Position numbers and translations under genes: made by a program
Assembly (NCBI RefSeq): GCF_036971445.1
Contig: NW_027211801.1
Coordinates: forward strand, 620,001 to 684,000
Length of the DNA: 64,000 bases
Reading direction: 5' to 3'
Source of the DNA: Narcine bancroftii
Lineage: Eukaryota
Notes under the pieces: generated by a model
Told to the model about the DNA's origin: nothing
The model's database searches: none
What the model saw: only the letters and a program-made list of their open reading frames with translations
Shown here: piece by piece, positions 1 through 11,370 of the stretch
Position numbering within the stretch: position 1 is the first letter of the stretch
Layout: each line of letters begins with the position of its first letter

Positions 1-187
1 GCTCAGTTGAAATTTATTAATGGAAAATTTGATTGAGGTAAATATTTAACATGGGACATTATACAATTCACTAAAATAGATTTTAAAAATCTATCCTAGA
101 ATTTATTTAAAAATGGAACACCAGATGATTAATTGGTAATACAGACCCTATTTTATTATGGAATAAAATAGATTGTGAGATTGGTGG

Positions 188-2699
188 TGTGAGAGATGAG
201 TAAAACTGATATTCAAATATGAACATGAAGAAACTAAAATTGATACATGGATAAATGTATGAAGCCAGTACAAACAGGATGAGACATGGATATTAGAATG
301 CAGGAAGCAGAATCAGTCTGAGTAAGATAAGGATCTCTTAGCCTTTAGACAGAATCAGCAAGTTCACTGTATGAATGAGATGAGGAGAGATAATTGTTAA
401 TAGAATGTAGGAAGTAGAGTTAGTATGAAAGAGATAAGGGTCTCCTAGCGCTAGACAGAAGTACCAAGTTCTACATATATAATTAGTAAGCCTTACACAG
501 ATTTATCAAGTTATGTATATTAAATCAGTAAACCCTAGACAGGATTAGCGAACTCTGCATATGAAGAGACTGTAGCTGAGAGTCGGAAAGGTGTGAATGG
601 GGACAAGGGCAAGGTTGTGAATAAGGACAATGAGGATAATGACATGAGATGACACCAACAGGATACCCCCTGGTCCCCCAAGTTCACAGAAATAGCACGT
701 AGGCAGGCAGGATTACTTAATGCCAAACCTCTCCAGGAGGCAGAAGAATGTAAGGGGGAGGGTATTCCTATACTGAAATGAACTGTATAAAAGTTGGGTG
801 AGCCCCAGTGTATGTGTGTATTCCCATGGTAAGGGGAAGCACCCAACTTTGCATTGTTGTTTAATAAATGTTCTTTGTTCTCAATTTTTGTCTCGAGCAA
901 TTTCTATGAAAGACCCCAACAATGAAGACGCTGTTTACATCCGGTACCGCACGGATGGCAGTCTCTTCAATCTGAGGCGCCTGCAAGCTCACACCAAGAC
1001 ACAAGAGAAACTTGTCCGTGAACTACTCTTTGCAGACGATGCCGCTTTAGTTGCCCATTCAGAGCCAGCTCTTCAGCGCTTGACGTCCTGCTTTGCGGAA
1101 ACTGCCAAAATGTTTGGCCTGGAAGTCAGCCTGAAGAAAACTGAGGTCCTCCATCAGCCAGCTCCCCACCATGATTACCAGCCCCCCCACATCTCCATCG
1201 GGCACACAAAACTCAAAACGGTCAACCAGTTTACCTATCTTGGCTGCACCATTTCATCAGATGCAAGGATCGACAATGAGATAGACAACAGACTCGCCAA
1301 GGCAAATAGCGCCTTTGGAAGACTACACAAAAGAGTCTGGAAAAACAACCAACTGAAAAACCTCACAAAGATAAGCGTATACAGAGCCGTTGTCATACCC
1401 ACACTCCTGTTCGGCTCCGAATCATGGGTCCTCTACCGGCACCACCTACGGCTCCTAGAACGCTTCCACCAGCGTTGTCTCCGCTCCATCCTCAACATCC
1501 ATTGGAGCGCTTACATCCCTAACGTCGAAGTACTCGAGATGGCAGAGGTCGACAGTATCGAGTCCACGCTGCTGAAGATCCAGCTGCGCTGGATGGGTCA
1601 CGTCTCCAGAATGGAGGACCATCGCCTTCCCAAGATCGTGTTATATGGCGAGCTCTCCACTGGCCACCGTGACAGAGGTGCACCAAAGAAAAGGTACAAG
1701 GACTGCCTAAAGAAATCTCTTGGTGCCTGCCACATTGACCACCGCCAGTGGGCTGATATCGCCTCAAACCGTGCATCTTGGCGCCTCACAGTTTGGCGGG
1801 CAGCATCCTCCTTTGAAGAAGACCGCAGAGCCTACCTCACTGACAAAAGGCAAAAGAGGAAAAACCCAACACCCATCCCCAACCAACCAATTTTCCCCTG
1901 CAACCGCTGCAATCGTGTCTGCCTGTCCCGCATCGGACTTGTCAGCCACAAACGAGTCTGCAGCTGACGTGGACTTTTTACCCCCTCCATAAATCTTCGT
2001 CCGCGAAGCCAAGCCAAAGAAAGAAGACATCTATTTCTAACAAATGGGGACTCGTCCGGGATCACACTCCCTCCACTGACAGAGTGCCCGACGACGGGGG
2101 TAGGTGCACCCCAGCTGATTCAGCTGGACTCACGGACGGAGGGTGATTGGTCAGTGGACGAAGCGAGTGATATCTGAGAAGAGGCATTGAAAACAAACGA
2201 TGAGAGAACGTTAAGGAAGCGGGCTAGAGATTGCTACTGGAACTCGGTAAGAGGAATTCTACTTGCCTGTTAGTATGGGAAGTGTGGGTAGCAAGGAAGA
2301 TAATCCTAGTGAAGGATGTGAGAATCAGATAACCACGTACAGCCCGTTGGGATTGATGTTATCTGACTGGGGCACGCGGAAGACCCATGGAAAGAACAAA
2401 CTGACCATGGTCAGGTATTGTTGTATAGAATGGGTTAAAAGCCCAATTAAAGGGAGCTCCGAAAACTGGCCAAAGTTCGGATCCGATGATGACTGGATGT
2501 GTCAAGCCTTGAACATCTGGCTCTATCAAAACCAGAAAGATAATCTTGAGAGCAGGGAATATGCAGCCTGCTGGCTCAGGGAACCATTCGATCAATTGGT
2601 TTTGAATGAGAAAGAATGCAAGGACAAGAGAGATGAGGAACATTTTGTCCCTGAATCACAAGGATGGGATGTGTTACATTCCCTTCCTCCACCTTATGC
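188..2699 (+). mobile_element. Truncated class I (gamma/epsilon-like) endogenous retrovirus: 5' LTR, tRNA-Pro PBS and gag start
   Basis: LTR TG(188)...CA(2042) with TATAAAA 786-792 and AATAAA 863-868, interrupted by an RTE. PBS TGGGGACTCGTCCGGGAT 2045-2062 is 17/18 to the tRNA-Pro PBS. The element is absent from the paralogous L1 at about 58985. Confidence 0.88.
906..2027 (+). mobile_element. 5'-truncated RTE-clade LINE inserted in the ERV LTR
   Basis: RT C-terminal ORF (LLFADD, FTYLG, C-terminal CxxC..H) with an AAAG-rich tail. Near-identical to the other RTE copies in the window. Confidence 0.9.
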
Positions 2700-2724
2700 T
2701 AAGATTTCAGGTAAAACACCTTGA
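2275..2724 (+). CDS. gag: ERV gag matrix fragment, truncated after the PPPY late domain
   Basis: MGSVGS myristoylation-type start, SPLGLMLSDW...YC...W...WPKFGS matrix-like motif, PPPY at 2686-2697. It runs into L1 sequence at about 2700. Confidence 0.8.
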   Translation: MGSVGSKEDNPSEGCENQITTYSPLGLMLSDWGTRKTHGKNKLTMVRYCCIEWVKSPIKGSSENWPKFGSDDDWMCQALNIWLYQNQKDNLESREYAACWLREPFDQLVLNEKECKDKRDEEHFVPESQGWDVLHSLPPPYAKISGKTP

Positions 2725-4600
2725 AATCAAAATAAACTTTTTCCTTTGATTGGTAATAATTAATTTTGAAAGATATGGAATCAAATGAGGATTTCAATAA
2801 TAAAAGATTGTTTTGAAGCTGGTTATTTTGTTTCTTTTCTACTAAAGAAAGAAAATATAATGTTCCAAATAAATACCTTTTTTTGTTATTATCAAGATTA
2901 AGCTCTTTTAATTGATAAATTAGGTCAAAGTTTAAGATTAACTGGATAGTCTGAGTTAGAAATGTTACCTATTAAAGTGGGTATTAATAAATTAATTTCA
3001 GAAATGTATAAATTACTTCAAAGGAAAATGGTCCAAAATCGATATTCATAAATCGAGATTAAGGTGGGCAACATATTTAGGTAGAACAACAGATCAAAAT
3101 GATTGGAGAATGTTATGTAAAGATAATATGACTAAAATTCTCAATGTAAGATGCAGATTAGAACAATATAGCTTTTTACATTAATAATATTTAACACATT
3201 AATTATTAAAAAGATTTAATTGAATTTCTTCAGATTTATGTTTTAGACGTCATAAAGAGATAGGTTCTTTGTTCACTCAATTTGGCCGCATATTAAGGTT
3301 AAGTCATTTTGGATACAAATTGAAGCATTTTCAGCAAGTGTTAAAGGTTAAACATCCGTTAGACCCAAAATTAATTTTATTAGGAAATATTAAAATGTTA
3401 ATTGTCAAATTATTTTTTTACAACCAGCTTCAGCTGTTTCAATGAAATGGTTTAGCTATTACCTGGAAGTCTGATATAGATTGATGTCTTTTGACCAATT
3501 CATGATTAAATATGGTCTAACTTATAATACATTACATTGTTATTTTCAATCGAGGGCTTAATTGAGAGAGACATTAGGACTGGAAATTATTTTAAAAGAT
3601 CTTTCACATTTGAAACAAATTATAGTTGATGGAATGATTAAAAAGTTTATTTTATTTGCATAAATATTATTAAAAGACCAGAAAACTAAAGTAGGTTTGT
3701 TTAATTCAAAAAAACAAGGGAACAAGATTTGGATATGATAATATATCAACAAAACTGGCAGAATTTGTGTGAAGAGGTTATGACAAATACTATTAATGTA
3801 TGATATAGATTAATGCATATAATTTTTTAGATCAATTGTATATTAGTCCTCAGAAATTGACTAGATGGTGATTGGATTTATCGGATCCATGTTTTAGATG
3901 TGGAAGAGAAATTGGAACTGTTCTGCACTCTATGTGGTCTTGTTCAATGGTCAACCCGTTTTGGGTTTCTATCAGTCAATTTTTACAACCGAAAACAGGA
4001 GTAAATTTTCCTTTAAATCCTCAATGACTTTTGCTGGGAAATTTTGAAAGTGTTTCTCCTAAATTATTTTTGTTAGATTCCCAATTAAAGCTTGTTAAGT
4101 GGGTTTTAGTAACAGCAAGAAAAGTGTCACTGTAACACGGAAATCTGATGTTCCATTAACATTAGAGGGATGGTTCGCAGAGATTCCATTAGAAACAATA
4201 CGGATAAATTTACTGATAAATATTATTTATGTTTCCAAATTTGAAATAATGAAATAAAAGTAATTATTTTATTAATTTCTATCTTGACCAGTCAAGTTTT
4301 CCTTAAAAAAACAACTTCATGATGCTTTTAAGGTATTTGTGTCTCAACTGATGGAATCCAAATTAATAACATAATTGTTTGATAATGAAATATCTTATAT
4401 TTTAGATTTCGGATTAGATTAGTTTGGGGGAGGGTGGATAAATAGTTTTTTTTTGTAATTTGTAGTTATTTTAGATTTTATATTTTAGTATTTTAGCTTT
4501 TATAAATAAAGTGTCAATACATATTTGTAATATTTTATTATGTACTCATGCTATAACATTCTTATACTTTGACATTATATATGTTGAATAAATAAAATAC
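2700..4600 (+). mobile_element. Old degenerate L1/Tx1-like LINE 3' fragments
   Basis: AT-rich ORF2 C-terminal remnants (CFRC...H..WSC) with a 3' UTR and A-rich end. Paralogous to 56940-59390. Confidence 0.7.
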
Positions 4601-4619
4601 TTTAAATTATCAGAGAGGG

Positions 4620-4835
4620 TCCCGCCAGAATATTAAGGTGTTGTTCCTCCCATTTACAGGTGGTCTTGGTTGGAAAGGGCATGAGACCTCGAACAGACCA
4701 TTCAGAGCGGGAGAAGGGAGTAGATTTGAAGTGGGTGGTCACTGGGAGATCCCTGCCACTGGTGCAGATGGAAAGAAGGTTCTCAGTGAACGGATCTCCT
4801 AGTCGGTGCCGAGTCCTTCCAATGTAGAGGAGGGA
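4620..4835 (-). mobile_element. Penelope-like element GIY-YIG endonuclease fragment (paralog at about 56720-56935, +)
   Basis: LLYIGRTRHRLGDPFTENL...DLPVTTHFKS...KWEEQHL follows the YIG.T.R.L..RF.EH...HF...EE pattern. Confidence 0.75.
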
Positions 4836-5007
4836 AAGTGCAGAGGTCAGAGCCATGCTGGGCCGAGAGGGAGGTCGCAATCGCTGGCTCTCTGCAAGGT
4901 ACCCCTAGAATTCTCCAGAGGTTGGGTCCCGAGCACCACCTTACCTGCTGAATTTACAGCGAGGAGTTGAATAATGACAGACCACAGCAAACTTGCCTCT
5001 TCTCCAC

Positions 5008-5013
5008 TTTATT
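5008..5013 (-). terminator. Polyadenylation signal (AATAAA) of IgL gene A
   Basis: AATAAA about 440 nt after the stop, followed by GT-rich sequence. It is conserved at the equivalent position of the paralog (56528-56533). Confidence 0.7.
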
Positions 5014-5453
5014 GAGTTGTGCTTTGCACAGGATCTGATCACTACAGGTTCACTGTCTATGGGGGAATCTCTCCACATTCTACACACAACAGGAGTTGAA
5101 ATGTGGGGCTGGAAGGACAATTCTACAGAATACAGGAAAATCTGATTTTGGAGATGATTAAGAATTGGGTTGGTCTCCAGCAGTGAACATTTTTGCACGA
5201 TTATACCACACAAGGCAGACACAGACCCCAGAGAGGGCATGAAACATGGGCAGAGAATCAGGAACAAAACATGAAAGTCTGCAGACACCCGTGGTTGAAG
5301 TAAATACACAACACTGGAGTAACTCAGCAAGTCAAACAGTGTCCTTTATATAGCAAAGGTAAAAATACATAATCAACATTTCAGGCTTGAGCCCTTCATT
5401 GAGCTGTGAAATCCAAGGCACGAGCCAAGAATCTGCGTGTTCTGCTGGCCTCA

Positions 5454-5779
5454 CTACACACAGGATAACGACGAGATGGACTCGTGCAGAGGCGAGCTCA
5501 GTGAGCTGTGGCTCACGATGCAGGTATAGCTGGAGCCTGTGTTCCAGGCAGTGGCGGACACATGCAGGTAACTGCTCTGCTTGTAGGTCTGGTCAGCATC
5601 AGGGGATGCGACACCCGTCGTCACCCCGCTCTCTGTCTCGACCCCATCCACGCTCCACCGGAGTGACGCGAAGCCTGGCTTAAAGCCGCTCACCAGGCAA
5701 GACAAGGTGGCCGAGCCTGAGTCGGTCTCATTCTGGGAGGGAGGGAGCAGTTGAACCGAGGGTTTCCGAGAGTCGCTAC
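5454..5779 (-). CDS. IgL: Ig light chain gene A, constant (C1-set) exon
   Basis: Acceptor CCCTTCTGCTCTCCCACACAG|GT in phase 1, matching the J donor. Reads SDSRKPSVQLLPPS...ATLSCLVSGFKPG...W...YKQSSYL...WNTGSSYTCIVSH...SCV*, with a penultimate Cys for the heavy-chain disulfide. Spliced CDS 49+363+326 = 738 nt = 245 aa plus stop. Confidence 0.95.
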
Positions 5780-6834
5780 CTGTGTGGGAGAGCAGAAGGG
5801 AAACGTCAATAGGTGATGAAGTCCCAACATTAACACCAACTCTGAATAAAAGATCCCATGGACATGAACACGATGGCCTTTATAAATCAAAGTATAGAGT
5901 ACAGGAGTTGGGATGTTTTATGGTAAATTAGAGCAAAACATTGGTCATGAACTAGGATTGAAAGAGTGCAGAGAACATTTACTCGGCTGTTAACAGGACC
6001 TCAGGAACAGAGTTACAAAGAAAGGTTAAACAGGCTAGAACTTTATTCCCTGGGGAAAGGAGAATGAGGGAGATTTAGCAGACATATTTAACGTTACGCA
6101 CAGACAGAGAAAATGCTTTTTTCAACTGAGGATAAGTAACATACAAACCAGAGGACATGGGTTCAGGATGAAAGGGGATATTTTGGGGAAGTAGAATGGG
6201 GAAGTAGAATGTAAAAAAATAATCTTCTTCCTTCTGACATCAAAAAAACACAAATATGAAGAAATTAAATTTTATCCCCTTAATTTTTCTAGAATTAAAT
6301 ATAATTGATGAATAAAATTATAATGAACTCTCCGATAAATGACATTTATAATTTTAGTCATACTAAATTCATCCAATCATTTTGATGAATAAATATTCCT
6401 TCATCTTTTACCCATTTCAACCTATATTTATGCAAATCCAACATAGACATTTTATTCTGTAATAAAGAATACATCACAGATCTAAATCCCTTCTTACCTC
6501 CCTCTGTAAGTAAAATTTCAAACTTTGATCAACTAGGTAACCGTAAAGTATGTCCCAAATTATCCAACAATAAAACATTAAATTGATAATAAGAAAAAAG
6601 AGTATTTGAAGGAATATTATTTTTCTCTTTCATTCTTTGGAAAGAAATAAAATAACCTGCTTCATGAGAATCTTGTACAAATTTAATACACTTTTGATCC
6701 CATAACTTCAAAAAATGATTATTGTGTAAAGGAAAAAAGCTTATATTGATACAAAGGAGTTTTATCTGAAATCTTCCCTTGAGTACCTAGAACTTCATTT
6801 ATTTTATACCATAGTTGCAAAATATGTTTCATAT

Positions 6835-7020
6835 TCTTGGGCTTGGCTTCGCGGACGAAGATTTATGGAGGGGGTAAAAAGTCCACGTCAGCTGCAGGCT
6901 CGTTTGTGGCTGACAAGTCCGATGCGGGACAGGCAGACACGGTTGCAGCGGCTGCAGGGGAAAATTGGTTGGTTGGGGTTGGGTGTTCAGTTTTTCCTCC
7001 TTTGCCTTTTGTCAGTGAGG
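6835..7020 (-). mobile_element. Short RTE LINE 3' end
   Basis: Reverse complement of about 1835-2020. Confidence 0.9.
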
Positions 7021-7053
7021 TTAGGGTTAGGGTTAGGGTTAGGGTTAGGGTTA
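7021..7053 (+). repeat. Interstitial telomeric repeat (TTAGGG)5-TTA
   Basis: Five perfect vertebrate telomere hexamers directly at the RTE truncation point. Confidence 0.95.
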
Positions 7054-10000
7054 TTTCATCAAAAAGAAGCTGATCCATCCTCTTCTCACCAATTTGAGAT
7101 CATTCACTATTTGTCCATATCAATGACTTTTCCAAATCAAACATCCTTTTAATAAATTTCAACTGTGCCACATCATAGTAATTTAGAAAATTCAGAAGTT
7201 GTAAACCTCCTCATTCATATTTCCAGGTTAATTTTTGTAAAGATACCTTTGCCATCGCATCTTTCCATAACAATATGCTCACCATGGAGTTCAAATCCTT
7301 AAAAAATTTAGTGGGAATCTTACAAGGAATAGATTGAAATAGATTCTGAAAACGAGGAAAAATGTTCATTTCAATACATTTAACTCTTCTTATTAAAGTA
7401 ATTGGTAAATATTTCCATTGATTCAAGTCATTTTTAATTTAAAAAATAATGGTAAATCATTTATTTCCTATAAATGACTATAATTACTATCTTCCTGAAC
7501 ACCTAAATACTTCATTTGATCCAACCATTTAAATTTAACAGTATGTTTGGAAAGAGAATAATCTATTGCCTCTAATGGACTAATCTCACTTTTTTCCCAA
7601 ATGATTTGACAGCCTGATAGTTCTCCATACTGTTTCAGTCTGTCATGTAACCACTTCAAAGAATTCTGAGGTTTGTTAAGAATATCAAAACATCATCCAC
7701 AAACAAATTAATTTTAAATTCATCAAACTTCACTTTAATATCTACAATATTACCATCTTGCATAATCATCTGAGCCAAAGATTCAATAACTAATGCAAAA
7801 AGAGCTGGTCACAAAGGACATCCTTGTCTAGTTGATCAATTCAACAGAAAAGGTAAAGAGAACTGTGCATTTGTCAAGACTCTAGCAATAGGATTTTTTA
7901 ATATAATGCCTTAATCCAACAAGTAAATCTTGGACCAAATGTAAATTTCTACACAACGTTTAAAAAAAAACTCCACTCAACTCCATCAAAGGCCTTTTCT
8001 GCATCCAATGAAATAACCAATGGTAGTTTGGATTCCTCCCAAGAAATCTTAATCAAAGAAAATAATTCTGCTGAATTTATAAAGAATGTTATTCTGCTGA
8101 ATAACAATTTTTAATAAATCTAGCCTGATCCAAATGAATTAAATCTGGTAAATATTTTGCCAATCTATTAGCTAGAACCTTTGTTATAACCTTATAATCA
8201 GAATTCAACAACGAAATTGGTCGATAAGACCCATCTTTCAATGGATCCCAATCTTTTCTTGAATAAATGGTTATATGGTTATATGGTTAACTATTATAAT
8301 AGCTTGAGAAAATGAATCTGGTAAAGAGTGAACTTCCATTCCTTGTTTCAATACATCTATTAACAATAGCATTAATAAATCTTAAATACTGGATCTTATG
8401 GACCAATTTCTTTGTGAAATGTTGGTTACAAAATTGTAACTAAGGTTCTAGCAAATTGATTGAGGAAACACTTACCAGGTTTAATACATTTAGATCAAGC
8501 TGGTGTTATTAAAAATCATTATTCTTCAGATACTATTGCAATATCAATTAGTATGATTCCTATTTCTTGGGAGGAATCCAACTGACCAGTGGTTTTATCA
8601 TTAGATGCCAAAAAGGCATTTGATCGGAGAGAGTGGAGTTTTTTATTGAAGGTATTAAAAAGGTTTGGGTTTGGACCAATGTTTATTCATTGGATTGAAT
8701 CTTTCTATCAAAAAGCTTTTGCCAGATTGGGGACGAATGGTCAAATATCATCATGTTTTTATTACAACGATTGAGTAGACAAAGTTTCCCTTTGATTCTC
8801 GCATTGTTTGCATTAGGTATTGAAACCTCGGCTCAATTCAAAAGACAAGAAAATAATATTAAAGGTGTTAAAGTGAAATCTGAGGAGTATAAGACTAATT
8901 TATTTCCAGATGATGTTTTGGTTTACTGAACAGAAACTCAGAATTCTTTGAAATCACTATGTGAAAGATTGAAACAACATGGAGAAATATCTGGCTATAA
9001 CATTGATGAGGGAAGAAGTTAGATTCTGCCATTGATTGATGGTGATTATCCTCATTGTAAAATGATTCTTCAATTTAAATGGTCAGATCAAATTAAATAT
9101 TTAGGTATTAGGTTGGATAGGAAATTGGATCATTTTTATGAGTTAAATTAGTTGCCTTTATTTCATAAAATCAAGAGTGATTTCAATAGATGAAAGATTT
9201 ACCTCTCGCATCAATAGATAGAGTTTTTTGTATGAAGATGGATATTTTTCCTAGAATACAATATCTTTTTCAATCTATACATTGTAAATTCCTCAAAAGT
9301 TTCTTAGGAATTTGAATTCTACAGTTAGAAAGTTTATTTTTATGGAAAGATATCATGTTGAGAGAATGTTTACAAAAATTAACGTGAAGGTATGAACTGG
9401 GAGATTTACAACATCCAAATTTTCACAATTATTAAAGAGGACCATGATTGAAATGAATTCATAGAATGTTGGACTTGGATTATCCATTGGTTTGGGCTAA
9501 TACTGTGTTATCCACAATTGCTGAGAAGAAAAATAAGCAATTTATTGATAAATGGAATTCCAAGTTATTATTCACATAAAATTCACCTATTTTGAGACAT
9601 TTAATTGAATGATAGAAAATGATAAATGACGAAATAGGTAAACCGGGGAAAATTTCAGCTAAGACAACTTTATACCCGAATAAACCTTTTCCTTTTACGC
9701 TTAATAATCAAAATGTGAGATCAGAAAGGAATTAAAATTGTACAAGATTGTTATGAAGCTGATTATTTAATGTCTTTTCAAAGAATGAAGGAAATTCCAC
9801 AAAGTACTTTTTTTTGTTATTACCGAGTTAGAGCTTCACTACTGGATAATTTGGGACATTCTTTAATGTTGCCAAGGCAGTTAAAAGTTGAAATTTGGCT
9901 TATGGAAGGTGGGAAGAAAAAAATTTGTGTCTGAAATGTATTTGTTATTACAGAATAAAATGCCTAAATTAGATTTATATAAGTCGAGATTAAATAGGGA

Positions 10001-10573
10001 AAAGGATTTTGGGATCATAGTTGATCAGGAATTTTGCGGTAATTTATGTAAAGATAGTGTGACTAAGATTGTTAATATGAGATAAGTTGCTTCATTATAA
10101 CTTTATACATCAGTGATATTTAACCCCTGAAAAATTAAAGAGATATAATTTAATTTCTTCAGATTTATGTTTCAGGTGTCATAAGGAAGTAGCTTCTTTC
10201 CTACATTCTACTTGGTTATGTGATTATGGTGAAACATTATTGGACACAACTTCAAAAGTTTGTAGGGAAAGTTCTTAAGAATAAATTGGACCCAACATGA
10301 TTTTTGTGAAGTGATGTTAAAATGTTGACCTTGGAATTGAGATTAACTGGGTATCAAATTGCGTTGGGGGCCCACACACACCAATCTGGGGGTCGGGATG
10401 AGGTGACTTTCCCAGGTCAAACCTCATCTGGCTGAGGGGGATCTGCAGAATCTGTCTCCAGCGCGGGGTCTCGACAGTTTACTGACATCTTCTGTGCTCA
10501 CGGACAAAATGAATGAAAAATAGATTCTCAGATCTGGAAATAAAAGTCCGAAAAGTTCCTTGACTTCACTCAC

Positions 10574-10936
10574 TTGTTACGATCAACGTGGATCCAGGGC
10601 CGAACACCCAGGCATTTGCTGAACTGTCCCATGTAGCACAGTAGTAGACGGCGGAGTCTCCAGCTTCCAGGCTGCGGATGGTCAAGGTGTGAGTGTTGGC
10701 CGAGGAGTCTCTGGACGGGGCGAATCGGCTGGTGAACCCGCTGCCTCGGTAGATATCATTATTCGGATATTGTACCAATACCCACTCTGGAGCTTCTCCG
10801 GGTCGCTGTCGGTACCAGCTCATGTAGTAACTTGCAACGCTCCCCCCCTCCAGCCGACACTCCAAGTGGACGGTCTGTCCCGCAGAGAGTGGGTCGGACA
10901 TTGGGGTCTGATGGAGTTTAACCAACGCCAGGACAC
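10574..10936 (-). CDS. IgL: Ig light chain gene A, germline-joined V-J exon (type I / NS5 / sigma-cart-like)
   Basis: Acceptor TTTTTTGTGTCATTGCAG|GT. Open frame GVLA-LVKLHQTPMSDPLSAGQTVHLEC...WYRQRPGEAP...DSAVYYC-ATWDSSANAWV-FGPGSTLIVT, then donor A|GTGAGT. V-set Cys/Trp/YYC and the J motif FGxG are contiguous with no RSS between them. QTPxSDPxSAG, the long CDR2 (IYRGSGFT) and RFxPSRD resemble shark/skate type I light chains as I recall them. Confidence 0.95.
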
Positions 10937-11063
10937 CTGCAATGACACAAAAAACACCGCAGCGGGTGAACGCGGGAAAACAAGGCGCGGGGAAAAGGTC
11001 CAACCCGGCTCAGTTAGCGGGGAGGGGGATAGCATCAACGGGGAATGGCCCCCGACTTCTCAC

Positions 11064-11112
11064 CTGGAACCCAGACCATCAGAGACCACAGGAGACCCAG
11101 CGCAGAGACCAT
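11064..11112 (-). CDS. IgL: Ig light chain gene A, leader exon (MVSALGLLWSLMVWVP-G)
   Basis: ATG at 11112, 16 hydrophobic codons plus 1 nt, then donor CCAG|GTGAGA. A 127-nt intron leads to the V acceptor. This is the classic split Ig leader. Confidence 0.93.
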
Positions 11113-11204
11113 CGCTCCGGACAGGTGAAGACAAAGCAGCGCGATTGGGTTCCTCGAACTCCCGGAGTCGCTCCGGTTCTCCCGTCTGCAAAGCGGCTCC
11201 GGAG

Positions 11205-11370
11205 GCTCTGTTTAAGAAGGGGTGTCCATGAGGGGGAGGGGTCAGGAGGACGCCGTGGGGCGGAGAATCACCCCATCTGGTTGTGGTCCCTGAAATGTTC
11301 TCAGGTCACATACATGACACAACACAGACTTTTTCCCGCGGGAGGGGCAGAATTAGCACTAATGACACAG
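11205..11370 (-). promoter_or_regulatory. Putative IgL V promoter of gene A (TATA-like CTTAAAC about 100 nt upstream of ATG)
   Basis: Position relative to the leader, and homologous sequence (CATAAAC) upstream of leader B. No perfect octamer was seen. Confidence 0.35.

Larger units (their letters stand above)
6200..10365. mobile_element. Back-to-back degenerate L1/Tx1-like ORF2 fragments in the J-C intron (minus 6200-8390, plus 8390-10365)
   Basis: RT motifs LDAKKAFDR and RVKCIEMNIFPRF occur on opposite strands, with many stops. Confidence 0.75.

Noticed and set aside
10637-10643. Cryptic heptamer (TACTGTG) in V framework 3 as a V-replacement site
   Set aside because: It is a by-product of the conserved Tyr-Cys codons. 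I found no convincing nonamer, and the only upstream donor has no V.
10566-11003. ORF-track 145-aa protein starting MDLFPAPC as a single-exon gene
   Set aside because: Its N-terminal part is leader-intron sequence and it reads through the J donor. The real gene is spliced L-VJ-C.
10574-11112. Joined V-J as a processed retrocopy
   Set aside because: The leader intron, J-C intron and promoter flank are all retained.
11350-11360. Octamer element in the IgL promoter (ATTAGCAC)
   Set aside because: Two mismatches to ATTTGCAT and not conserved in paralog B.
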